Notes under the pieces: model-generated
Told to the model about the DNA's origin: nothing
Database searches by the model: none
The model's input: only the letters and a program-made list of their open reading frames with translations
Position numbers and translations under genes: made by a program
In this document: positions 1-11,949 of the stretch, in pieces
How the letters are laid out: each line of letters begins with the position of its first letter
How positions within the stretch are numbered: position 1 is the stretch's first letter
Source: Octopus sinensis
Taxonomy: Eukaryota
DNA length: 64,000 bases
Reading direction: 5' to 3'
Assembly: GCF_006345805.1 (NCBI RefSeq)
Contig: NC_042999.1
Location: 149,048,001-149,112,000, forward strand

Positions 1-720
1 GTTGTGCAAAGCAGGTCATGAATGCAGAGGACATGTGAAGTCTAGAAAGAAATGAAACTTATCATTCAGCCTGCAGCCTCTTACCTCATAGCTATCTGCA
101 TGGTCGTGTCCTCTGTCTTCTGCTAGGTCATTCTACTAGGTCTTTATTCTCATCTGGTGCAGCGGCAGCAGGCTGGAAGAGGCCTTGCGGAAGGCCCCAA
201 ACCAGATGACTAGACATGGTTGAGGAAGATCTCAAAAGGCTCAATATCACTTTAGAGGGTACAGAAGGGCTGGCATGGGGCCACCAGCGATGGAGAGCAC
301 TGGAGAACCTGGTCAGTTCTATGCATGATGAACCCTCTGGGGCCACTAACTTGGAATGACCCTAGCCCCATCAAGCAAGAGCATGAAGCCAAGCCAAATC
401 AAACCAGTTCTGCAGGATGTTCAACATCAGTGTACAACAAAGTGCAAATGCATTCAGAGAAAAGCTGGGGATAGGAGGCATCAAGTGTAGTGTGCAAGAG
501 AGAAGACTGTGTTGGTTTGGTCATGTGATGCATAATAGCTGCATAAGGATGTGCTGATAGCATAAAGTGGATAAAATTTATGGAAGAGGGAGACATGGAA
601 CAAGGTAGTGAAAACTAACCCCAGGTTGTTGAGCTTCATGAAGGAGATGAAAAAAATTGAGATAATTGGTAATTCATTGTGCTTGAGAAAACCTGTCTAC
701 CTCAGCCAAAAATAAGAAAA
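1..720 (+). mobile_element. Decayed RTE-clade LINE 3' fragments (two nested pieces)
   Basis: + frames give GWKRPCGRPQTR*LDMVEEDLKRLNI and a QERRL.WFGHV-like segment, typical of RTE C-termini; many stops. Confidence 0.6.
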
Positions 721-1379
721 AATATGGTCCTAAAAGCATATTGTAACATCTGCTCCTAATTTGTACCTGTCAAACCTTCTCCACAACTCCTTTTTGTAAT
801 ATGCATTCCTCCTTCAAAGCTCAAACTACAGTACTATTTCCTCAGCTGCTGTAATTACACAAGAGTAGATCTGCTGCCAGTTATTCCTCTCCTTGGTACC
901 ACTTCCCTTGTCACATCCTGCATTCTTAACACCATCCTGTACCACTTAATTTTACACTGAATGCCTCTTTCCATAAACACCCTCTCATACCTACCTTTGT
1001 TTGTTACTCAATATATCCACTTCTACATGCTTCTAGCCTCTGTCATTCTGCACCCCCTCTCTCCATCACACATCACATCATCTCCCTCCACTTATGTACT
1101 GTCATCTGTCACCTCATCCGCCTTGATCCACTCCTCTTTTTCCTTTTTCAAAAAGAACAGATAGCATGGTACTGTAGGCTACAGGTAGCAAGCCCACTAT
1201 GCATGCAAGAGTCCAGGAGTTACAACAAAACCTGAGATAAAAAGAATAAATTAAAACAACAACAAAATGCCCTGATGCAGTACTAGGCAGTGGCGCTCAT
1301 GGCTTTTGATCTTAACTGATCAGAAGTGTTATCATATACATTGTTTTGTCTTGGTATAAAAGATAGGCTACAGACACAC

Positions 1380-2105
1380 GGATGGGCTGTCAAGATTGAT
1401 TCCTAAATACAATGAACTGTTAGAGGACATGGTAATAACAGCATTAAAAGCTGAAATCTTCTTTCACATTGATTCTGTTGTCACCAGGGCTTGTTATATC
1501 GATTATCATGCATGTTCTTTCTTTTTTATTCACCACAACAATGTCTGGTCAGGTGATCACACTGAATCATTGCATCCCTCAAGATTTTGCAATTCTCATT
1601 TTTGGTGACTCCTTCAGGGGTTTTCTCATACCATGCAAAAGTTCTTTATAGACTGTGATTTCCACAGAGCTCCCAATGGATCATTCTTACCACATTGTCA
1701 GTGTCCTATGAATTTGTGTTGTGTCAATTTTGGGCATTCACTAACGATGTGCCATACCATTTCACTCCTCTCACATTCTACATTTGTTGCTGTCAGTAGT
1801 GCTGTCTATTCTGCACTTCACATAGTTGGTCCTTAATACTTGCTCTTGAGCTGCATATATGAGTTCTTCTGTCTCTTTCTTCAGGTCACTTCTCTTCATC
1901 CATAACCACCAGTCCTCTGCATCTGTCTTGGCATTCACATCTCTTGCAAACTGATCGTACATTTTTCCCTTCCATGCTTTTCCTTTTTTTTGTATTCATT
2001 TCTTCTTTAAATTTTTTTCATTACACAATTTTTAGTCTTGATGATGCTGGCCTTCTTTATTTGAACATTGGCTCCACAGCAATATTCATATACCACTCTA
2101 AACTG
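1380..2105 (-). mobile_element. R4/Dong-like (RLE-type) non-LTR retrotransposon fragment
   Basis: ORF 1771..1962 has WLWMKRSDLKKETEELIYAAQEQVLRTNY...KCRM (pre-CCHC region of RLE LINEs); abuts (TAT)n. Confidence 0.75.
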
Positions 2106-2107
2106 TA

Positions 2108-2138
<31 letters not shown>

Positions 2139-2172
2139 ATTATTATTATTATTATTAATATTATTATTATTA

Positions 2173-2199
<27 letters not shown>

Positions 2200-2203
<4 letters not shown>

Positions 2204-2834
2204 GAGTAAGAGAGCAGTGCATGCCATCAAAGTGACACTGGGGTACAAATATGCGAAGCCCAGTATACCCATCATGACTACCTGTCTGATAAGGGTACAC
2301 CAGGCACATTTATCATAACCATATGTGCGCGACATGGTGATCTCATATCAAGATTAACAGTGCATGACCTTGCGGATGGAGTCCAGTTAGAATTTTCTTC
2401 AGGTTGGGTAGCTCATCCCGCTCAAAAGATCCCTGAATAAGGGTTGTTTAAGGATGTTGAACAAAACACTCATGTTTCCAAAGGTGAATTATCTAAAACC
2501 CAAAGAATTCCTCTCAACACATGGCTATGATACTCCCCCACTACTTCTGCTCATGATCAGAGATGCACATATCGTCAGCCACTAAGGGATATGCTCAACT
2601 GGTTAAGATCAAACAACTGACAAACAAATCTGTGGTATTAAGCAGAATATTTGCTGTAGCTCATCTTTTATACCAAGACAAAACAATGTACATGATAACA
2701 CTTCCAATCAGTTAAGATCAGAAGCCATGAGAGCCATTGTCTGGTACTGCACCAGCGCATAGACAAAACAATGTACATGATAACACTTCCAATCAGTTAA
2801 GATCAGAAGCCACTGTCTGGTACTGCATCAGGGA

Positions 2835-2838
<4 letters not shown>
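2200..2838 (-). mobile_element. Dispersed repeat (probable LINE 3' end/UTR) bounded by (TAT)n on both sides; second copy 15760-16225, partial inverted copy 1265-1372
   Basis: Near-identical sequence at 15760-16225; both copies abut TAT repeats. Confidence 0.7.
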
Positions 2839-2891
<53 letters not shown>

Positions 2892-2985
2892 TATTATAAT
2901 ACACATCTATTCTTTCATTTTGGTTCTTAGAAATGGTTTCACTTTCATTTTATACATTTCAAGTAATTTTATCAATTTCTGAGAA

Positions 2986-3027
<42 letters not shown>

Positions 3028-3536
3028 TCTTTCTCATGTGCTGTTAAATATTACGCATAATTTCCTTTTATTCATTTCCATATATTCTGGAATCTCAAAT
3101 AAAGATTTTTTTTCCCCAATTTCCAACAAACGAATCAAGCATCCATTCTCCTCATGTTATGATCTCACTTCATGTATGCTTGGTCATTGTCATCTTCTTT
3201 TAATGTCTGTTTTCCATGCTTGCATGGGTTGGACAGTTTGACAGGAGCTGCCAAGCTGGAGGCCTGCATCAGGCTCCAGTCATCTGTTTTGGCATGGTTC
3301 CAACAGCTGGACGCTTTTCTTAATGCCAACCACTTTGCAGAGTGCCCCGGGCTATTTTTCTAATGGCACCAGCATAGGTGCTTCTTATGTTGTGCCAGCA
3401 CAGGTTCTTTTTCCATGTAGCCAACATGGGTGAATTTTATGTGGTACAAGCGCACAAGTATTTTAATTACAAAAGCACTATGACACAGCTGTTTTTCTTT
3501 TCTTTAGTTATATCCACATAGTCATGCTTGCGCTTA

Positions 3537-3567
<31 letters not shown>

Positions 3568-3609
3568 CATACATACATACATACATACATACATACGTAC
3601 GTACATACT

Positions 3610-4610
3610 GCAATGTATCATCAGATGAAAGGATGAGCGTATATGAGCAGAAGAACATGCATGAATTTGTTTGTAGAAATCTCTGGGATGATAGTAACAT
3701 TGACCATCAAAGCAGTCTATCATGGACCAATAACCAGATTACTAACTCCCACTTTGAAGGGAATGCATTTGGAATCTGGGAATAGGAAATATCAACCAAA
3801 TACCTGATGTACAAAGGGACAGAGACATGGGAAAAACAGCAAAATGTGATAACCAATGCAGACTTTGTGGAGTTAACACTGAAGATATTACCTACATCAT
3901 AAGCAGTTGTCCAAATATGTCATCATGGTATTATCTACCAATGAGACATGATGTTGTAGCTAGGACACTCTGTAATGAGATCCATCAGAAGGATAACCCT
4001 GAAGCCAAAGAAATAAGAATCCACAGTATGGAAGAAGCCATAACCACTCATAATAAAAAGGAGTATTGGTGGAACGTCCCAGTGAAACCCTCAATAAAAT
4101 GTAAATGTAATAAACCTGACATAGTAATTGGGGATAGAGAAGAGAAACTCTGTACAGCTGTCCAACAGATGTTAACAAAGCTAAAGATCAGTGAAAAAGA
4201 AAATACCTGTGCTGAACTACTGAGAAATCTGCAGTTACTCTATCCAGATTACAAGTTCAAGTTTATACCTGTAATTATTGGAGCACTGGGATATGTAGCA
4301 TATTCATTAAATACCAATTTTGAGAAATTAAGCTTCTCAAAAGCAGAAAGGAGACAGCTGATTTGAAAACTACAGATCCAAGCTATCACTGGAACTGTAA
4401 AAAATCTATAGAACTTTCTAGAAGTTTATCATTAAAGTATATATGAGCATGTCTATACATGCAACTATATGCATGAGAATACATACATAAAACAAAACAT
4501 ACAAATCTGCACGTTTGCATACATGCAAAAAAAACCCTGTTGATGTTGTTGAAATTCCAATGAAGGAGCTTTGGTTCTAGGTTAGAAACTGACTCTGTCT
4601 CTATTGGCTG
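3610..4610 (+). mobile_element. R4/Dong-like LINE 3' fragment (CCHC knuckle + restriction-like endonuclease + 3'UTR)
   Basis: ORF 3827..4366: CRLC...YIISSC...RHD...PDIV...IPVIIGALG. The 3'UTR recurs inverted at ~48570-48830. Confidence 0.8.
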
Positions 4611-5559
4611 ACTGAATGACTGACTGACTGACTCACACACACACAACTACGGACAACTGCTTCAAAACATCCAGTTTCTATATGCAGATTATGAATTCAC
4701 ATTTATCCCAACCATAATTGGTGTCCTTGGTTTTGCGAATAAATTCCTAAGAGACAATGTGGATAATCCAGGGTTTTCAGAAAATGAAATCAACTGACTC
4801 ATGCATTACATATACAAACTTTAAGTAGAACAGTGAAAATATGCAAGATTTTTCTCAAGCTTAAAATATGACATTATATAGTTAACTACATTCTTACAAT
4901 GGGGCGTTGTATCTTTGCTACAAACTGGTTCCTTACTCAGAGGAAGAATTTAAATAATTAAAAACAGAAGAGAACATATATACACACATACATGGATACA
5001 TATATCTTTATAATCACAATCATTATCACCATCATCATCTTCATTTAACATCTGTCTTCCATGCTAGCATGGGTTGGACGGTTTGACAGGGGTCTGGTAA
5101 GCCATGGGGGCTGCACCAGGCTCTAGTCTGATTTGGCAGTGTTTCTACAGCTGGATGAGTGTAGTGGGTGTTTTTTACGTGTCACCGACACAGGGGACAG
5201 AGCAGGCTGGCAAACAGCCACGATTGGTTGGTGCTTTTATGTGCCACCAACACGGACGTCAGTCAGGCGGTGCTGGCATCTGCCATGTTCAGATGGTGCT
5301 TTCATGAATTTTATGTTTTTTTCCCTTGCTTGCATAAATCAAATGGTGTTTATAGGGTAGATTTTCTATGGTTGGACTGGACACTATTCCTGTTGCTAGC
5401 CCTCTCACCTGTCCCCCAACTCAGAAGAAAATGGTAAGATTTCTTCGTGTCTGGAGGTGTTTACACAAAGGATACTATCTGAATGATGGTGGAACTTGCT
5501 TACAGAGGACAAGGAGACACAAACATTCACATACACACATGCATACATTAAGCATACAT

Positions 5560-5945
5560 ACAGGAGTGGCTGTCTGGTAAGAAGCTTGCTTACCAACCAT
5601 ATGGTTCCGGGTTCATTCCCACTGCGTGGCACCTTGGGCAAGTGACTTCTACTATAGTCTTGGGCTGAACAACGCCTTGTGAGTGGATTCGGTAGACGGA
5701 AACTGAAAGAAGCCCATTGTATATATGTATATATATATGTGTGTCTGTGTTTGTCTCCCCAACATCGCTTGACAACTGATGGTAGTGTGTTTGCGTTCCC
5801 ATAACTTAGCGGTTCGGCAAAAGAGACCAATAGAATAAGTACTAGGCTTACAAAGAATAAGTCCTGGGGTTGATTTGCTTGACATAAAGGCGGTGCTCCA
5901 GCATGGCCGCAGTCAAATGACTGAAATAAGTAAAGAGTAAAGAGT
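5560..5945 (+). mobile_element. tRNA-derived SINE family A (~380 bp, internal TA/TG microsatellite)
   Basis: Pol III-like head (GTGGCTGT.TGGTAAG ... GGGTTCA.TCCC). Further copies at ~9692-10515, 21710-22045, 22060-24700(-), 25965-26360(-), 34485-35480, 42490-42630(-), 56385-57072, 60350-60460, 63860-64000. Confidence 0.85.
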
Positions 5946-5995
5946 ATACAAATACACACACATACACATGCATACACACACAGACTCATGCACAC

Positions 5996-6004
5996 AGATA
6001 GATG

Positions 6005-6050
<46 letters not shown>

Positions 6051-6059
6051 GTAGATAGG

Positions 6060-6098
<39 letters not shown>

Positions 6099-6149
6099 GT
6101 AGATAGATAGGTAGATAGATAGATGATAGTAGATAGATAGATAGCTAGG

Positions 6150-6192
<43 letters not shown>

Positions 6193-6201
6193 GTAGATAG
6201 G

Positions 6202-6236
<35 letters not shown>

Positions 6237-6237
6237 G

Positions 6238-6275
<38 letters not shown>
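5996..6275. repeat. (GATA)n microsatellite
   Basis: Seen directly; source of the 'YLSI' pseudo-ORFs. Confidence 0.97.
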
Positions 6276-7331
6276 TGTTTCTTTATTAGCCACACAGGGC
6301 TGCACACAGATAGAACAAATTACAAGGTAGAGCTTTTCTTTTGAAGGTTTAAAAAAAAAAAAAAAAAAAAAGAAAAGGAAGGGGGAGTTTCGATCAAAAG
6401 GGATCGTAAAAGGAGAGAAAGAGGACAAAAAAAGGGGGGGTTAAAAAAAAATTAAAAAAAAAAAAAAAAGGGGGAGAGGAAAAAAAATGATCAATAGGGA
6501 TCGTTATCACAGAAACGTCAATATGAAGTGTAAAGGGGAGGACAGGTGAGGTCTACCCGTGGAAAGAAAAGCCTACGGAAAAGACCACGGTAACCTCGGT
6601 CAATGAAGTCACATTTTATATTTCTTTTTTTTTTTTTTTTTTTTTTTTTTTGGCAAATAGCAACTCTCTGTATTCGATTTCTGGGTTCATAGGACTATGC
6701 TCAAGGTGGCTTCGTCATTCATACGTGCCATTCTTGCTACATTCACCAATCTTTTTTTAAAACATTCGCTAGACAAAACTTGCCTCTCTACTCTCACTTT
6801 CCTTTTCAAGTGGTACTTGAAGAAGTTGATGAGAGATGACCAGAGAGGAAAGTGTTTGTCTCCAATCCTTTCAGACGCGTCCACCAGATACATTCTTTCG
6901 CCATAGCCACAAGGATGATGAAAATAGCTCTTCCTTCCCGTTTTGAAGGAAGGAGGCGTGACAATATTGACGATAGACTCAGTGATAAACCGACTCGTCC
7001 CACACGTGACAGCAGTTGTTCGACATAAGCCCACAGGTCGGAAATTGTTGGCACTGACCAGTGCGTGCAGAGAACGGTTTCGTCGCTGACCGCATTCTCG
7101 GGCAGGTCGGCCCCGTGTTTCTCGAGCCGTGTCTGTAGAGCTTATCCCGAAACGGGTAGCGCTTCTCGGTAGCACTGCCAGGCCAGGGATCTCTGGAAGT
7201 TGTCATGGGCCCTGGCCGAAGTCGTCCCGAACAGGCAGTCAGGTACTCCTCGTCGACGTCCAGGTTCGCCCGAGCTCGTCGTCGTACCTCCCCCACTAAA
7301 CCCTATAGAATGCTTGGTTGTTGTTGAAGTC
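6276..7331 (-). mobile_element. 5'-truncated Tx1/L1-clade retrotransposon (ORF2 C-terminus + 3'UTR) inside (GATA)n
   Basis: Frameshifted minus ORFs (TGPTCPR...; LWAYVEQLL...VAMAKECIWWTR; FFKYHLKRKVRVER) resemble a Tx1 ORF2 C-terminal Zn-binding region. Minus-strand AATAAA at 6282-6287 lies just before (TATC)n. Confidence 0.7.
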
Positions 7332-7451
7332 AGATAGATAGATAGATAGGTAGATAGATAGATAGATAGATAGATAGAGAGGTAGATAGATAGATAGATA
7401 GATAGTAGATAGATGATAGATAGATAGATAGAAGGTTAGATAGGTAGATAG

Positions 7452-7494
<43 letters not shown>

Positions 7495-7517
7495 GTAGAT
7501 AGATAGAGATAGATAGG

Positions 7518-7572
<55 letters not shown>

Positions 7573-7597
7573 GTAGATAGATAGATAGATAGATAGG

Positions 7598-7671
<74 letters not shown>

Positions 7672-7672
7672 C
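7332..7672. repeat. (GATA)n microsatellite
   Basis: Seen directly. Confidence 0.97.
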
Positions 7673-7687
7673 ACATACATACATACA

Positions 7688-8180
7688 GGTACAAGGTACA
7701 TTCCAGAACTTTTGAGATATTTATTAATTTATTAATTTCAAAGAAGTACAAAAGTCTAATCTCCTCCAAAGTAGGATTTTCTGACTTCAATGCACTTGTT
7801 GTGAAGTCCAGCCATTTGAGAAGGCCCAATGAAAGTCCCCTAAAGTAATAGTATCCAGGCCCCTTGTCAGATTCTCCTTCACTTTCTCCATCAGCTTGGG
7901 AAACAATCAAAAGTCACCGGTCTGGACTGTAGGGAGGGTCACCTCTATTAAGTAGTTGGCTACCAGGATGGAATAGTAGATTGGTACAGGTACTCTAGTA
8001 TTGTCCTGGTGCAAGCAGCACTGACCCAAGTGGAAGCGGTCTGGTCTTTTGTAATGAAATCCTCAAAACCTTCACAAAATACTTGGAAGGAACCCAATGG
8101 ATGTAGATGGTGCCTTTGCAATTGATATGATCTTCCAGATGAACTTGCCTCTTGTGCCCTATAGACATACCTGTGCCTAT
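7688..8180 (-). mobile_element. Decayed mariner/Tc1 transposon 3' part; same family as 55500-56180
   Basis: Minus strand reads PPYSPD followed by a degenerate DFxLFPKL. The ~60-bp terminal region (attaatttcaaagaagtacaaaagtctaatctcc) matches the reverse complement of ~56085-56140. Confidence 0.7.
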
Positions 8181-8190
8181 CCTTCCCTGA

Positions 8191-8233
<43 letters not shown>

Positions 8234-9844
8234 ATGTATGTATGCATGTATGTTTGTGTGTGTAAAATACGTGCATGCGTTTTTTTTCATAGAGTATGGT
8301 GGTGGAGAGAAAATATGATAAAGGACGTGGGGGAAGAAACAAAGAGATCTTAAACAATGGAACTGTAGCAGTGGCATCAGCAAATAGTTAAAAAATATTG
8401 AGAATAATCTCTGTCATAAGTTTATAAATTTTTATAATATAGAAATTTACTCATCTGCATCCTGGTATTTTCTACCCCAATTACTTGAATTCTGTAAGAA
8501 TTATGCAGTCATCTCAGAACTAGATATGAACGTTATTCTTAATATCAGAAAGTCACAGTTATTCTACTATCATTTCTTTTGGGTGAAGAAGCATGAAGAA
8601 TTAATTACCAAGTCTTCCCTTTAGACTGTATTGCGATGATAGGTTGGGTACAACCAAAAATCATAGAAGCTGCCAACTAATAGAATAAACATCTATTCTA
8701 ACATTCTACTTCTTTTATCTGTTCCCCTCCTCCACACAGCTTTTATACACTCCCACCTTTAAAACGATGTCAGGTTATTGTTGATTCAGTTTAACACTGA
8801 GCAAGCAAATCTGTGATCAAAGATTTTCCAGTTACGTCAATAATATCTTATTTATTTTTTATCAAACCCTAAATATAAGAAGACATCATCCAACATATCC
8901 TTCTATTTTTAAGACGGTGCCATGACGTTTGATGGAGGTGCTACGATTTTTCATTTTTTTAATGTACAATAGTGAAAAAAAATCAAAATATTTTGAACAG
9001 CCGATGCAAGGGGAATAACTCCATTTTAAAATATCATTGCTATATAATACATTTCACAATTCTAAAAGACGGTTTGTTTGTTATTAAATAATAACCACAC
9101 AATTAAACGAATAATATAGGGGTTCAACTTGCAACGTCAATGGAAAATAGTCAAATACAGCAAAGTATTTGTTTAGATAACACACTGCCATTATAACCTG
9201 TGTAAATTTTATTTTATTTCAACTAAACATTTAGGCTCCGTACTTTAGAGCAGACAAGAGGAGTAGATATCTTATCAACTGGTATTTCCCATTGGATAAT
9301 TTTACAATAGAAGATAATATAACAATGATATATAGGGTTGCTGACTTCGTTTTTAAGCAAACATTTCATAGCACGAAAGTTTATGTGGTGTTTATTTTAT
9401 TCTATTTATTTTGTTTTATATTTATTATTCATCCTTAGGGAAAGGTTCATGGCTATATATTTTTTTCTTTTAATCGTTGGCCCTCACCTTACAAAGAGTT
9501 ACTTTTGTTAAGCAAACACTTATCAGCTTTGCTTGAGATACCATCTTTAAATTATTTATGTTAAATTATTTGTTAAAGGAAATTCCAGAGAAATATGCTG
9601 ATAAAATAATAAAATAAATAATGCAAATAAGACCAACATTTCTGAAGTTGCAAAGATTGCAGACATTTATAAAAAAAAGTTGAAGATAGGTACAGGCATG
9701 GCTTTGTGGTAAGAAGCTTGCTTTCCAAACACATGGTTCCGGATTCAGTCCCACTGTATGGCACCCTGGGTAAGTAGCCTAGGGCTGACCAAAGCCTTGT
9801 GAGTGGATTTGGTAGAGGGAAATTGAAAGAAACCCGTCGTAAGC

Positions 9845-10270
9845 ATGATCTTTCTTGCACAACACCTTACTTTCCTGTCTCCTGACTTTCATCTATGTTT
9901 GTTGCCACAAGGCTTCCACTTCACATGTCAGCTTAACTTAACTTGTCCATTTAGTCAAAAGACACCTGTTGTTATTCTTGCTATTTGTAATTGTGTAACA
10001 TTTTCTCTGTTTTCTCGTTTTTTTGTCTGTGTTGTCACACATATTCACTTGCTTTCTTCCAAAAATTTAATGCCCTTAGATTAAATTTTTGGGGTCTACC
10101 AATTTTGAACAGTCACAAGTGTAACAGGCTGAAACTGTAATGATGATGGAAGCTTGACTGATAAATAGAAAGCCATGAATGTTCCATCCTGGTTTTGCTG
10201 TCCATCTTTGTATCGTCCATCTGTCTGTATGTTTTTATTATCGTGCGTTACGTTCTTGTTCCGTATTTTG
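9845..10270 (+). mobile_element. Unclassified repeat (possibly a Penelope-type terminal repeat) inserted into a family-A SINE
   Basis: Separates the two halves of a SINE; its right end resembles the reverse complement of 19170-19275. Confidence 0.4.
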
Positions 10271-11949
10271 AATATATATATATATATATACATATATATA
10301 CACACACACACATGTCTGTGTTTCTGTGTTTATCCTCCCCACTATCGCTTGACAACTGATGTTGGTGTGTTCATGTCCCTGTAACTTAGTTGTTTGGCAA
10401 AAGAGACCAATAGAATAAGTACATGGCTAATAAAGAATAAATTCTGGGGTCAATTCATTTGACTAAAGGTGGTGCTCCAGCATGGCTGCAGTCAAATGAC
10501 TGAAACTAATAACAGAAAAATATTGGTTTCAAATTTTGTCATAAAGACAGCAGTTTCGGGGAAGTGGCTACGTCAGTTACATTGACTCCAATGCTCAACT
10601 GGTACTTATTCTATCAACCCTGAAAGTATAAGAAGTAAATTTGACCTTGGTAGTGTTTGAACTCAGAACATAAAGATGGACAAGATACTTCTAAGCATTT
10701 TACCTAGTGGGCTAACGATTCTGCCAGCTTGCTGCCTTTACTGAAGACATCATATTCAGAGGCCAAAGGATGTGAAAATTCATTTGTTTGTTTTACATCT
10801 GTTTTTCCATACTACCATGGGTTAGAAGAATATATCGCTAAGGTATTGTTTTACAGCTGGATGCTCTTCTTTATGCTAACACTTGCATATTTTTAATCAA
10901 GGGGTCATTGAATGCCTCTGGAGATAGACATTGCCTGTCTATCTCCAGAGGCAATGCACCCAAACTATCGGAATTTAAGATGGTAGCTGAAAGCAGCACA
11001 CTTTACCTTTCCTGTAAATAAACCAGTTGTAAATAGCAGTTGTACTTGAAGTCTTTTCTCTTTGCCTGCTGGAAGCCTAAACTACATAAAGAACCAGAAA
11101 GACGATGGAAGGAAATGATATTCTTCCGATACTGTAAACCTTGCCTTCTATAGATACAAATCAATTATAGACAAGGATGGTTTTCTAAAATTTTTTGCAT
11201 TGTGCTGCCATAGATTACAATTGTATTAAATAAATGTAACCTGATTTTATTATTTTGTGCCATGAATTTTCTTGAAAACTGTAATCAAATTTTTATTAAT
11301 ACTGTACAGATTTTAGGGTTCTGTTCAGCACCCCCAGCTATCAAGGTAGCACCCCTCCCCTCAGTTACAATCGGCTGGCTATGTGCCTGCCATGGGGATT
11401 CTCTTGTAGAAGGAAGCGGACAACAGCTCAACAAGAACTGCGTGTTTTTTAGTAGGTTTATCAAGTATTTTATCCCATTCAATTCTAGAGAGAGAGAGAG
11501 GGGGAGTGGTAGAGGAAAGAGGGAGGGAGAGAGAAAGAAAGAGCGAAGGAGAGAGAGATGGGAGAGGTGGTGGTAGAGGGAAGGAGGGAGGGAGAGAGAG
11601 AAAGAGAGAGGGAAAGAGAAAAAGAGGGAGAGAGAAAGAGAGAGCTTTGTTGTTTAATTACAAATGCTAGTTATACAGTGACTACATGCGTCTTTACTTA
11701 AGATACACATGTAAGTTTATTTACAATTTTTAATTTACAAAAAGTCTCGCCATCTGTTCAACTCGAGGTATTTCCTGTAACATAATGCAATAAAGTGGTT
11801 TTCTGAGGATCCATTGTGGTTACACACCCAATTGTACATGGATCATCTAATGCTGAAGTTTCAGATAACCACAATGGAAAAACGTACATTACTGAGAATA
11901 AATAATATATGATATAATAGTAGTAACAATAATAATAATAATAACCACT

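Noticed and set aside
5405-7910. Long ORFs of YLSI repeats (likewise YIYI, MYVC, HTHT, KKER ORFs at ~18763, 35000, 45145-46900, 48600-50500)
   Set aside because: Stop-free translations of microsatellites; no domain or splice support.
8450-8676. In-frame TGA formed by splicing 8609 to a possible acceptor near 8492 (selenocysteine idea)
   Set aside because: The exons themselves are unproven, and there is no SECIS or selenoprotein motif.
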